DNA of 64,000 nucleotides from Candidatus Shapirobacteria bacterium (GTDB lineage: Bacteria > Patescibacteriota > Microgenomatia > UM-FILTER-40-11), in NCBI GenBank assembly GCA_020059745.1, contig JAGVBK010000003.1, positions 68,492 through 132,491 on the forward strand, read 5' to 3'. Made by a program: the position numbers and the translations under genes. Shown here in pieces: positions 46,303 to 55,664 of the stretch. A model generated the notes under the pieces. It was not told the DNA's origin. It worked only from the letters and a program-made list of their open reading frames with translations, and ran no database searches. Position 1 is the stretch's first letter, and every line of letters starts with the position of its first letter.

Positions 46303-47811
46303 ATGAAAATATTGCTAGCTAATCCTAGTTGCAGAATTAAAATCGGACAGGACAAAGAGAGGTATTTTGTGCGGGCAGGGAGCAGGTGGCCTTTTTCTAC
46401 CGTTAAAAAGCGGAAACAGCCGCCTGAGTATATTCCTTTTCCTTTTTATCTTGCATATACTGCTGCTCTCTTAGAAAAAGAAGGACATGAAGTTATTGTT
46501 GATGACGGTGTGGCCACTAATCAGACAGAAAAAGAATTTTTAGACAATGTTTTAAAATCAAGTCTCAAGGTAATTCTTTTTGAGACCTCAACGCCGACCA
46601 TAAATTATGACTTAAGGCTGGTAAAAAGAATAAAAAAATTACTCCCCGATACTGTGGTTTGTCTTGCTGGTACTCATGCAACCACTTTTTTTAAAGAAAT
46701 TTTAATAGAAAGCAAGGGGGTTGATTTTGTTTTTCTTGGTGAATATGAGATAAATTTTTCTAAACTGGTTAATGCTTTGGATAAAAAGTGGAACCTCGAA
46801 AAAATCAAAGGCATTGCTTTTAAGAAAGATGGCAAAATATTTTTCTCGGAGCCGGAATTGGTTGAACCCCTTGATCAGCTTCCTTTTCCATCCCGCCATC
46901 TTTTTCCGAATAACAAAAACCCTGACCCAACCATTTATTGGGATGGGTTTTGCCAGAATAAACCTGCCATTCAAATGCATGCCTCAAGGGGGTGCCCTTT
47001 TCGGTGCAATTTCTGCCTTTGGAATCAAGTAATGTATCGGAACGGAAAGTACCGTTTTTTTTCAGCAAAAAGAGTAGCTGATGAAATGGAAGAAGTGATT
47101 AAAAAGTATAAGGCAAGGGAAATATATTTTGACGATGACACTTTTACGGCTAATAAAAAACAGGTGATTGAGGTGTGTAGGGAAATAAAAAAAAGGAAGT
47201 TAAAAGTAAGCTGGTCGGTAATGGGAGATGCTATGGTAACTGATAGGGAAATGATAGAGGCAATGGCAGATGCTGGTTGCATCGGTATGAAATTCGGAGT
47301 TGAAAGCGGAAACCTGAAGATCTTAAGACACATTGAAAAACCTGTTAATTTTGAAAAATTAAGAGAGTTCACGAACTGGTGCGCAAAAAGGAGGATAAAA
47401 ACCCATGCCACTTTTACTTTTGGCCTTTCCGGAGAAACAGGGGAGACAATGAGAGAAACAATGGAACTTGCCAAAAGCCTTGATGTGGATTCTGTCCAAT
47501 TTAGCATTACCACTCCATTTCCCGGAACAAGATACTATGAAGAAGTAAAAAGGAAAAAAATGCTTAAGGCTAAAAAATGGGCTGATTTTGATGGCTCTTC
47601 GGCCTCGATAGTAAAATTTGGAAAATTATCAAGTAAGGAAGTCGTTGAATTTTACAAAAGTGCTTCAAGGAGATGGCTTATTCATAAACTTACCAAGCCA
47701 AGATGGGTACAGAGACAATTTAAAAATCTGAATAGACTAAGGAAAGGGCAGGGGAGCGGTGTAATTTTTGAGAAAACCTTTAGGGTAATTGGGCTTCTGA
47801 AAGGACAATAA
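46303..47811 (+). CDS. B12-binding-domain radical SAM protein
   Basis: 'RAGSRWP...PFYLAY', 'SRGCPFRCNFC', 'FDDDTF', 'FGVESG', 'PFPGT'. Confidence 0.88.
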   Translation: MKILLANPSCRIKIGQDKERYFVRAGSRWPFSTVKKRKQPPEYIPFPFYLAYTAALLEKEGHEVIVDDGVATNQTEKEFLDNVLKSSLKVILFETSTPTINYDLRLVKRIKKLLPDTVVCLAGTHATTFFKEILIESKGVDFVFLGEYEINFSKLVNALDKKWNLEKIKGIAFKKDGKIFFSEPELVEPLDQLPFPSRHLFPNNKNPDPTIYWDGFCQNKPAIQMHASRGCPFRCNFCLWNQVMYRNGKYRFFSAKRVADEMEEVIKKYKAREIYFDDDTFTANKKQVIEVCREIKKRKLKVSWSVMGDAMVTDREMIEAMADAGCIGMKFGVESGNLKILRHIEKPVNFEKLREFTNWCAKRRIKTHATFTFGLSGETGETMRETMELAKSLDVDSVQFSITTPFPGTRYYEEVKRKKMLKAKKWADFDGSSASIVKFGKLSSKEVVEFYKSASRRWLIHKLTKPRWVQRQFKNLNRLRKGQGSGVIFEKTFRVIGLLKGQ

Positions 47812-49004
47812 TGTTAAAGAAAAAGGAAAATAACTCTTTAAAAGCCGCGGTTTTGCTGGGCCAGTTAACGGTTCTTGGGGGGGTGGGAATAGCTGCCGTG
47901 AACGAAGTGAGAGAGCTTAGAAAGCTTGGCGTTGATGCCGAGCTGGTTATCCTTTTTAGAAAAAAGGAGTTTAATTCAATTAAGGACTATAATGCCGGCG
48001 ATGTTCCCATTGTTTTTCTTTCAGATTTTTTGCCTCGTTTTATGAGGTTAAATTTTAAGTTCCCCTTTTTCTCATTTTTTAGCTTTTTCCATATCGGCGC
48101 AATTTTTTGGGCGCCTTCTCTTATAAAAAAGCGTAACTATGAAGTAATTTTAGTTCATGAAACATACAACTGCTTTTCTGCCATTGCGGCCGCAAGGGCG
48201 AGCAAGGCTAAACTAATTAGTTACCTTTGGGACCCGGTTTCATATATTGTCCCCAGAATTTATGGTAAGAAGCTGCCAAAATTTTTCCTTCCGTTTTTAA
48301 AGGCGTTTACGATGTTTGTCGATAAACAAATTTACAAAAGAAGCGATGTTGTTCTGATCGGTTCAAATTTGCACAAAAATACATTTGAAACTTTTAGCCA
48401 AAAAAAGCCGTTAATAATTCTTCCGGCAGGGACGGAAATCCTGAAAAATCCGCCAAAAGTCAGAGACAGGGTTATTGTTTCTTTAACAAAATGGGATAGG
48501 GGAAAAAACCCGGAATTCATTTTACAAGTTGCTAAAAAGTTAGTTGGCGATTTTGTTTGGCTGATTGCCGGCAACTGGTCAGATCAGGATCAAAAAGAAG
48601 TATTTTTAAAAAAAATCAAAGAGATGAAGTTGGAGAAAAAAGTAAAGATAATCGGGAAAGTTACGGAGGAAGAAAAAAGAAAGCTATTTTCTCAGGCAAG
48701 GGTACTGGTTCACCCGATTGTGGAGGCTTTTGGCATGTTTGCTCTGGAGGCTGCCGGTTGCGGCTGCCCTTTTGTTATTCCCAAAAACTCCGGGGTTACC
48801 GAACTTTTTAAGGAGGAGAAACATGGCTATTTCCCTGGCGAGGGTAATACCGCTTCATTTGTTGAAAGAATTGAAGATCTTCTTAAAGATGAAAAAAAGA
48901 CTGGAGAAATGGGAAGAAAAGCTTGGGAACAAGCAAAGAAATATTCTTGGAAAGAGCATGCTTTAAAGCTTAAAAAAATATTTGAAAAAGCGATCCTGAA
49001 ATGA
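47811..49004 (+). CDS. GT4 glycosyltransferase
   Basis: 'LGGVG', 'EAFGMFALEAAGCGCP'. Confidence 0.85.
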   Translation: MLKKKENNSLKAAVLLGQLTVLGGVGIAAVNEVRELRKLGVDAELVILFRKKEFNSIKDYNAGDVPIVFLSDFLPRFMRLNFKFPFFSFFSFFHIGAIFWAPSLIKKRNYEVILVHETYNCFSAIAAARASKAKLISYLWDPVSYIVPRIYGKKLPKFFLPFLKAFTMFVDKQIYKRSDVVLIGSNLHKNTFETFSQKKPLIILPAGTEILKNPPKVRDRVIVSLTKWDRGKNPEFILQVAKKLVGDFVWLIAGNWSDQDQKEVFLKKIKEMKLEKKVKIIGKVTEEEKRKLFSQARVLVHPIVEAFGMFALEAAGCGCPFVIPKNSGVTELFKEEKHGYFPGEGNTASFVERIEDLLKDEKKTGEMGRKAWEQAKKYSWKEHALKLKKIFEKAILK

Positions 49005-49666
49005 GGGTAAAAAATAAAGAACAAACTTCTCAAATTGGTTATGACTCTTGGCATAAAACTCTCGGGTTTGGAGAAGAGAGGGAATATTATGAAATGCTGG
49101 GAGCTCTTCTAAAAGGAAGCAAATCAGTTGATATTGGCTGCGGGTCTGGTTTTATTGAGATTTATTCTCCAAATACTGTTGGTGTTGATTTTTCAAAAGA
49201 AGCATTAAAAATTGCAAAAAAGAACGGAGCAAAGCATTTGGTGCAAGCTTCGGCAGACAACCTTCCTTTTAAAGAAAATGAATTTGAAATTTCTTTAAGC
49301 AATGGAGTGCTTGAGCACTGCATTAATCAGGAGAAGGTAGTAGAGGAAATGGTCAGGGTTTCCAAAATTCAAATTATTATTGCCCATGCCAGGCTTCCTT
49401 ACGGTTTGGAACTTATAAGAAAACCTTTTATCGGACTTTTTGGATTAAAAGACCAGCCGGTTGAAAAACCGTTAACATTAAATCAAATTGAAAGAATGCT
49501 TCTTAAAAACAGCAGCCGTGTTTTGGTCAAGGGGATATGGAATTATGTTGACTTAAGGTGGGTTTGGAAAAAGATCCCTTATGGCATTGTGAAAATTCCT
49601 TCACATCATTTTATTATTGCCATTAAAACAAAACAATTAAATAGGAGGCTGCTTGGCAAAGAATAA
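49001..49666 (+). CDS. Class I SAM-dependent methyltransferase
   Basis: 'VDIGCGSG', 'ADNLPF', 'GVLEH'. Confidence 0.85.
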   Translation: MRVKNKEQTSQIGYDSWHKTLGFGEEREYYEMLGALLKGSKSVDIGCGSGFIEIYSPNTVGVDFSKEALKIAKKNGAKHLVQASADNLPFKENEFEISLSNGVLEHCINQEKVVEEMVRVSKIQIIIAHARLPYGLELIRKPFIGLFGLKDQPVEKPLTLNQIERMLLKNSSRVLVKGIWNYVDLRWVWKKIPYGIVKIPSHHFIIAIKTKQLNRRLLGKE

Positions 49667-50369
49667 AAACTTCAAGGAAAAACAAGCGGAGTACTTCGAC
49701 AAGCAATCTCAAAAAGCTAGAGATTTTGAAGAGACCAAGGCTTCAAGGTTTGAGTTTGACACGGTACTTTCTTTTATGGATTTGCCTCATGGCAGCGAAA
49801 TATTGGAACTTGGTTGTGGAGCAGGGAGATATTCTTTAAAGTTTTTACAAGCGGGCTATGATGTTTTGGGAGTTGATATTTCAACATCATCGCTAAGAAA
49901 ACTTCAGGATTTATATAACATCCAAAAAAAACCTGAGTGGGGGAGACTTAGAGTAAGCCAAAAGTTGCCAGAAGAAGGAAATTTTGACGCTTTAGTTTGT
50001 GTGAATATTCTTCACCATACGGAGGAGCCAAGGGAGATGTTGATAAAAGCAAAAAGATTGTTAAATAACAAGGGAAAGATTTTTATTTTTGAGCCCAACC
50101 CGTTTTGCCTTCCTTGGTATCTTTTGTTTTTATTTAAGGGGATTTTATCAATTGAAAAAAATATTGCCAAAACCGGAGTTTTAAATTTAAAAAGAATGCT
50201 CAAAGAGACTGGGTTTGTGAACATTCAGTCAAGGCCGTATGGTTTCATTCCTACCCGTTTAATTTGCTGGTCAGGGTGGCTTCTTAGGTTTAGTTCTGTT
50301 ACTTTGGCAAAAATTCCTCCGATTTGTTTTTTTTCTTTTCATAATATGGTTAAAGCGGAAATAAGCTAA
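49653..50369 (+). CDS. Class I SAM-dependent methyltransferase
   Basis: 'ILELGCGAG', 'GVDIS', 'NILHH', 'EPN'. Confidence 0.85.
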   Translation: MAKNKNFKEKQAEYFDKQSQKARDFEETKASRFEFDTVLSFMDLPHGSEILELGCGAGRYSLKFLQAGYDVLGVDISTSSLRKLQDLYNIQKKPEWGRLRVSQKLPEEGNFDALVCVNILHHTEEPREMLIKAKRLLNNKGKIFIFEPNPFCLPWYLLFLFKGILSIEKNIAKTGVLNLKRMLKETGFVNIQSRPYGFIPTRLICWSGWLLRFSSVTLAKIPPICFFSFHNMVKAEIS

Positions 50370-51494
50370 ATGTTTAAGAAAGCATTATTTATTCTTAAAA
50401 ATAATCCTTCATATTTTTTCCCTTTAATAGCCGGTTTATTGAGAAGAATTGTTTTGGTGAAAACATTTAGCCGTTTCCTTTACCCCGAGCTTATTACAAT
50501 CACGGTTACCAACCGCTGTAATTTTAATTGCCCGGGTTGCTCTTCGAACTCACCCTTATATACTCGTAAAAATGGCAAAGTTAAAGAAGTCAGCCTCAAA
50601 GATATTAAAAAAGTTATTGATGAAGTGGCCGTTTTTAAACCTTTTATATATTTAAACGGTGGCGAGCCGACTTTAAGAGATGACTTAGTTGAGATAATAA
50701 AATATGTTAAAAGCAAAAAATTAGTTTGCTCTTTTACTACAAACGGAAGCCTATTAACTCCGGATTTGTTAGAGAAATTAGTAAAAGCCAAACTTGATTT
50801 TCTGTCGGTTTCAATTGACGGGCCAAAAGAGTTCCACGACAAAATTCGTGGCTTTAAAGGTGCTTTTGATAGAGCGGTTTCCGGTTTGGAAAGCTTGAGA
50901 CTGCTAAAAAATAAATACAAAGTTTCTTATCCACATGTAAGACTGGCCTCAATTATTTATCCTGAGAATATTAATAATTCAAAATATATTATTAATTTGG
51001 CCAATAATCTTAAGGTGAATGAGTTGGGTTTTGGTTTTCTTATGTATTATCCAGAAAAAATAATTGGGATGCAGAAAAAGTTTGTTGAAAAAAACAAAAC
51101 AGGCGGAGAAGAACCGATTGGTTTAAAGATTGACAACAATTACAGATTTAACTTTGACGAAAAGAAATACCTAAATTTTTTGGCTTATCTAAAGAAGAGC
51201 AAAATTCCATACTTCTTTGCATATCAAGGCAATCAATATAAAGAGTATTTTGACCCCGGCGTCTTTCCGAGTAATAAATCAGTTTGTTTGACACCTTGGA
51301 ACAATTTACTTATTCATCCTAACGGAGATTTAGGTGTTTGTCAGGGATTTAGGTTTGGCAGTATTTATAAAAGCAGCATTCTTAAGCAATGGAATAGTGA
51401 GGAAATGGTCAGGTTTAGGAAAAAAAGAGCCCAGGGGCCTTTTCCTGTCTGTTTCAGGTGTAATGAGGGCCAAAAAATTAAATTCGATAAATGA
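50370..51494 (+). CDS. Radical SAM protein with SPASM/twitch domain
   Basis: 'TNRCNFNCPGC', 'GGEPTL', 'TTNG', 'CLTPW...HPNGD..VC...CFRC'. Confidence 0.9.
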   Translation: MFKKALFILKNNPSYFFPLIAGLLRRIVLVKTFSRFLYPELITITVTNRCNFNCPGCSSNSPLYTRKNGKVKEVSLKDIKKVIDEVAVFKPFIYLNGGEPTLRDDLVEIIKYVKSKKLVCSFTTNGSLLTPDLLEKLVKAKLDFLSVSIDGPKEFHDKIRGFKGAFDRAVSGLESLRLLKNKYKVSYPHVRLASIIYPENINNSKYIINLANNLKVNELGFGFLMYYPEKIIGMQKKFVEKNKTGGEEPIGLKIDNNYRFNFDEKKYLNFLAYLKKSKIPYFFAYQGNQYKEYFDPGVFPSNKSVCLTPWNNLLIHPNGDLGVCQGFRFGSIYKSSILKQWNSEEMVRFRKKRAQGPFPVCFRCNEGQKIKFDK

Positions 51495-52678
51495 AAGCAG
51501 TAATTTTTGACATTAACCGCTTAAGTTTTGAAGGAGGGGCGGAAAAGTACTTTACGGAAGTCGGGAAAGAGTTATCTAAAAAAGACTATGATGTTTTTTT
51601 TATTGGAGACTGCCGTCCTATTCTGAAGTTCTACATTTTATTAGGGTCTTTACTTTTGGTTAACCCCGTTTGGAAACTGCCTCGCTTGTTTGCAGAGTTG
51701 AAGAAATCTTCGGCACTGCCTGCTGGAGCTGATAGGTATTTTACTCACATCGGCTTAAGTCTTTTATCTTTGGTTTCGTTTTCAAGAAATAGGAAAAAAA
51801 TCAAAGGTATTTTAAAAGAATCCGATTTAGTTTTAATTAAAAATGAATTTATTGAGCTTTTATTTTATTTTTTGCTGGGTGTAAGAACAAATTCTTATGT
51901 TTTAGTTTTTAGTTCCATACAATATCAATCTCCTCAAAGCTTAAGGGCTTTTTTGCATAATCTTTCTTATTCAAGTTTTATTTATAAATACTTGCTAAAA
52001 AAAATCGGGAAGGCAGTCACCTCAAACTCATTTGATAGAGATTTATTGGTAAAAAACTTTGGACTAAAAAAAGAGAAAATTCACTTAATTCCGTACGGAC
52101 TGGATAAAAAATACTTTGCCGATAAGAGTGAATTAAAAACAAAAGAAGGATTTAGAGTTCTTTTTGTGGGAAGAATGGAGGAACAAAAAGGACTTTTATA
52201 TTTAAAACAAATTATTGAAACTATAAATAGTAAAAAAACAAAGGACATTTCATTTTGCCTGGTTGGCAGTGGGCCTTTAGAAAAAATCCCAACATATTTA
52301 GCCAGCAGGTATTCTAATGTTGAATACAAAGGCCAGCTTTCCCCCGAACAAGTTCGCAGATTATATTTACAGTTTGATTTAGTTTTAATTACTTCAAAGT
52401 GGGAAACATTTAGTTATGTGTGTCTTGAAGCTCAGGCTTGCGGAGTACCGGTTGTTTCTTTTGATATTCCAGGCCCAAGAGATATTGTTTCGTTAACCAA
52501 AGGCGGAGCAATTGTTCCAGTCGGAGAAATTGATAAGTTTACGCAGAAAATACTACATTATTATTCTCTAAAAAACAAAAATAAAGACAAGTATCTCAGC
52601 TTAAAAGAAAGTATTTCAAAAGCAGCCGATAGCTTTTCTCTAGGCAAGACTGTCGATAGGCTGTCCCGGCTTTCTTAG
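51491..52678 (+). CDS. GT4 glycosyltransferase
   Basis: 'EGGAEKY', 'FVGRMEEQKG', 'WETFSYVCLEAQACGVPV'. Confidence 0.88.
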   Translation: MKAVIFDINRLSFEGGAEKYFTEVGKELSKKDYDVFFIGDCRPILKFYILLGSLLLVNPVWKLPRLFAELKKSSALPAGADRYFTHIGLSLLSLVSFSRNRKKIKGILKESDLVLIKNEFIELLFYFLLGVRTNSYVLVFSSIQYQSPQSLRAFLHNLSYSSFIYKYLLKKIGKAVTSNSFDRDLLVKNFGLKKEKIHLIPYGLDKKYFADKSELKTKEGFRVLFVGRMEEQKGLLYLKQIIETINSKKTKDISFCLVGSGPLEKIPTYLASRYSNVEYKGQLSPEQVRRLYLQFDLVLITSKWETFSYVCLEAQACGVPVVSFDIPGPRDIVSLTKGGAIVPVGEIDKFTQKILHYYSLKNKNKDKYLSLKESISKAADSFSLGKTVDRLSRLS

Positions 52679-52687
52679 TGCTACAAT
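52679..52687 (+). promoter_or_regulatory. Putative extended -10 promoter (TGcTACAAT), leaderless
   Basis: Ends 6 nt before ATG 52694; no SD. Confidence 0.5.
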
Positions 52688-52693
52688 TGATTA

Positions 52694-55360
52694 ATGTTGG
52701 CCCTGTTTAAGAAAAATTGGCCCTTGGCAGTGATATTATTGCTGGGGCTAGTTCCCTTTTTTTGGTTCCGGCCGGGAAAAATTATTGCGGGCGGGGATAA
52801 CTATTTATCCATTAACCCGTCAGCGGGTTATTTTGAAAGTTTTTTTAGCTGGAACAGTAAAACCGATGCGGGAACGCCTTCTTTTCAAAAACCGCTAATC
52901 TTTCCATATTTTACTTTCTATTATTTTGGCCAGAAGATAGGGATCTCTCTTGAATTTTTGCAAAGAGTTTGGTTGGTTTTTCATTTTACTGCCAGGGGTA
53001 TTTTTGCATATTTCTTTATCCGGGAAATTTACCGCGGTAAAGAAAAGGGCGGAATTGTTGCCGGTCTTATCGGCGCAGTTTTTTACATGTTTAACTGTCT
53101 GATAATGCTTGACATAATGACCCTGGCGAGAACTCTTACCTTTACCTACCTTCCGGTAATGCTTTATCTTTTCATGAAAGGCTTAGAAAAAAGAAAACTT
53201 TCCTTAAGATATTGCTTTCTTATTGCCCTGGTTTCAATCCTTTATTCACCGGCAAATGCAAATTTTCCTGTTGTGTTTCCGATCTATCTTATTTTGGCTC
53301 TTTATCTTGTTTATTATGTAATTTTTAGCCGAAGAGTCAAGCATTCTTTGTTTTTTGCCTTAATTACCGCAGTTTTTGTTTTGGTTGCTAATCTTTGGTG
53401 GGTAACTGATTTTTATTTTTCCCAAATTCAGGCCAGCAAGCAATTTATTGCCGCGGTTAAGGAATACGACTTTATAGAAAGGACACCTATTTCTGAATCT
53501 TTTAGGACAATGGGTTTCTGGGCCTTTAGAACTCTTTTAGGGGACAAGCCTCTTATTCCCTTTGCATTGCCTTATTACAAGCTGCCTTTGGTCTTATTAA
53601 CATTCATGATTCCGTTTTTGAGTTTTTCTTCCCTTCTTTTTAGGTCAGAGAACAAGAAAAAATATTTTTTTGCCTTGCTTGCTTTGACGGGAATATTTTT
53701 AGCAAAAGGAGCTAATCCGCCTTTTGGCTTTATTTATAACTTTTTATATGACAAAGTTCCGCTCTTTAGTAGTTTCAGGGAACCTTTTGCTAAATTTACT
53801 TTAATTCATGTTTTTTCTTTTTCCGTTCTTTTAGGTTTTTTTACCGAAGACTTATATAACTACATTGCCCAAAAAGAAAAAAGATATTTGAAATATGCAA
53901 AAGTTTTTCCTGCAGTTGTTATTCTAACAATCTTAATCATTTGTTATCCTCTTTTTTTAGGTAAAAGCATTCAGGATGAAACATGGTATGGTGATTCAAG
54001 ATATTCCCTTTTTGTGAAGGTTCCCCAATATTGGAAAGATCTAAGCATCTGGCTTCAGCGACACAATAAAGATGCCAGGATATTAGTCTTTCCAAAAAAC
54101 TTTTATGGAATGACTTACAATTGGGAATCCGGGGCTTCCTTTGCCGGCCCGGCGGCAATTCCTTTGTTACCTAATCCGATTATCATGCACCCCCCGCGGG
54201 TGCCTACAAGCGAACAAAACAGAATGGCGATGTTAATTTACCGGTCTCTTTATTTAGGCGAGAAAGCCGATATTTTCCCTTATCTTGATTTGTTTAATGT
54301 TGGTTATGTTTTACAGCAGAATGACGCTGCTTTTAATAATGAAACCGGAGTTTTTGACCCTTTTATAATGAATAAATTGTTATCTGATCAAGAGTATCTA
54401 AAACAGGAAGCGGGGTTTGGTCATCTTGAATTCATCAATCAAGACAAAAAAAGCGGCCAAAGAGAAGTGGAAGCGCTTGGCATATTTTCAGTTCGGGGAA
54501 ATAACAAGAGAAGGTATATTTATTCTCCCCAGGAAGTGATTTTTGTTTCAGGCAGGCTGGAAGACTACTGGGATATTTTTTCTTTTTCAGAATACAGCAC
54601 TGGAAGCGCTTACATCTTTTCAGGGGACCAGTACGAAAGCATCAACCCCGCCCAATTTTCTGCTTCCCAGATTTTCATAAGCTTAAAAAACAAGCTTGAT
54701 AGCAAAAACAACGAAAATTATGTTTATAAATTCAGCGTTCCCGTTTCCTCTTTTTTTAGGCTGCTTATTAATAACTTGTTGGTTGGAAAGAGTGAAGAAA
54801 GCGGCAGCAAAGATTATTACTTTAAAATTAACGGTATTGATTTGAACAAATCTAGTAATAAGGGTACATGGGGAAGGAGTGAACCTTTATTGCTTGCCGA
54901 AGGGCAACACACCTTTGAGACCAATTTGCCTGTTGAAGAAATTAAGGACGAGTATATTACTAATCCCTTTTGGATAATCGAAGAAAAAAAGCAAACTGAG
55001 CTTCTAAGTTCTGAGATTATCCCCCAAAAAATTAACCCGGCTAAGTATAAAGTTGAGATAAGCAGGAATAAAGGCGATTCTATTTTAATTCTCAATGAAT
55101 CATTTCACCCGCAATGGAAAGTCTATTACAAAAACCAGGAGCAGAAACCAATTCATTTTTTAGCTAACGGTTATGCTAATGGTTGGATTTTGCCAGAGGA
55201 GTTGTTTAAGGGAAATGAAAAAATCGATTTAGAAATCAGGTACTATCCCCAGGAGGTTGCTCAAAAAGCGGCAGTAGTTTCAGTCTTTTTTGTTTTTACT
55301 GCTGTTTCCTACCTGTCTATTGATTTGTTAGCTGGTTTAGTAAAAAAGAGGGAGCAATAA
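52694..55360 (+). CDS. Large GT-C glycosyltransferase (AftD/DUF3367-like)
   Basis: 'IAGGD', 'YMFN', 'LAKGANPPFG', 'FREPFAKF', C-terminal 'LNESFHPQW...HFLANGYANGW'. Confidence 0.7.
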   Translation: MLALFKKNWPLAVILLLGLVPFFWFRPGKIIAGGDNYLSINPSAGYFESFFSWNSKTDAGTPSFQKPLIFPYFTFYYFGQKIGISLEFLQRVWLVFHFTARGIFAYFFIREIYRGKEKGGIVAGLIGAVFYMFNCLIMLDIMTLARTLTFTYLPVMLYLFMKGLEKRKLSLRYCFLIALVSILYSPANANFPVVFPIYLILALYLVYYVIFSRRVKHSLFFALITAVFVLVANLWWVTDFYFSQIQASKQFIAAVKEYDFIERTPISESFRTMGFWAFRTLLGDKPLIPFALPYYKLPLVLLTFMIPFLSFSSLLFRSENKKKYFFALLALTGIFLAKGANPPFGFIYNFLYDKVPLFSSFREPFAKFTLIHVFSFSVLLGFFTEDLYNYIAQKEKRYLKYAKVFPAVVILTILIICYPLFLGKSIQDETWYGDSRYSLFVKVPQYWKDLSIWLQRHNKDARILVFPKNFYGMTYNWESGASFAGPAAIPLLPNPIIMHPPRVPTSEQNRMAMLIYRSLYLGEKADIFPYLDLFNVGYVLQQNDAAFNNETGVFDPFIMNKLLSDQEYLKQEAGFGHLEFINQDKKSGQREVEALGIFSVRGNNKRRYIYSPQEVIFVSGRLEDYWDIFSFSEYSTGSAYIFSGDQYESINPAQFSASQIFISLKNKLDSKNNENYVYKFSVPVSSFFRLLINNLLVGKSEESGSKDYYFKINGIDLNKSSNKGTWGRSEPLLLAEGQHTFETNLPVEEIKDEYITNPFWIIEEKKQTELLSSEIIPQKINPAKYKVEISRNKGDSILILNESFHPQWKVYYKNQEQKPIHFLANGYANGWILPEELFKGNEKIDLEIRYYPQEVAQKAAVVSVFFVFTAVSYLSIDLLAGLVKKREQ

Positions 55361-55364
55361 GAAA

Positions 55365-55664
55365 ATGTCATTTTTTATAGCTTTAATTTCACTTATTCTG
55401 GTTAACATTTTTTTACTAAAAATAGAAAGCGAATTAATTTATGTTTTTATACCAGTAATTGTGATTTTTACAGAAAAGCACTTTAAAGTCGATGCAAAAA
55501 TAACTATAGTTTCGGGACTCTTTTTTTTATCTTTATGTGCGGTTTTCATGCTTATAAATGAAACCGTGGCATCTAAGCTCGCTGTCTGGGCGTTTTTGCT
55601 TTTGCTTTCCGGAACATTTAAAATGATATTTCAGCAAGAAGAAACTAAAAAATTAAAAAAATGA
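55365..55664 (+). CDS. Small multi-TM hypothetical protein
   Basis: 99 aa hydrophobic ORF filling the gap; ATGA-coupled to the next gene. Confidence 0.6.
   Translation: MSFFIALISLILVNIFLLKIESELIYVFIPVIVIFTEKHFKVDAKITIVSGLFFLSLCAVFMLINETVASKLAVWAFLLLLSGTFKMIFQQEETKKLKK

Noticed and set aside
47025-47513. 162-aa antisense ORF and the other short nested ORFs in the track
   Set aside because: Fully overlap well-supported genes; no recognisable domains
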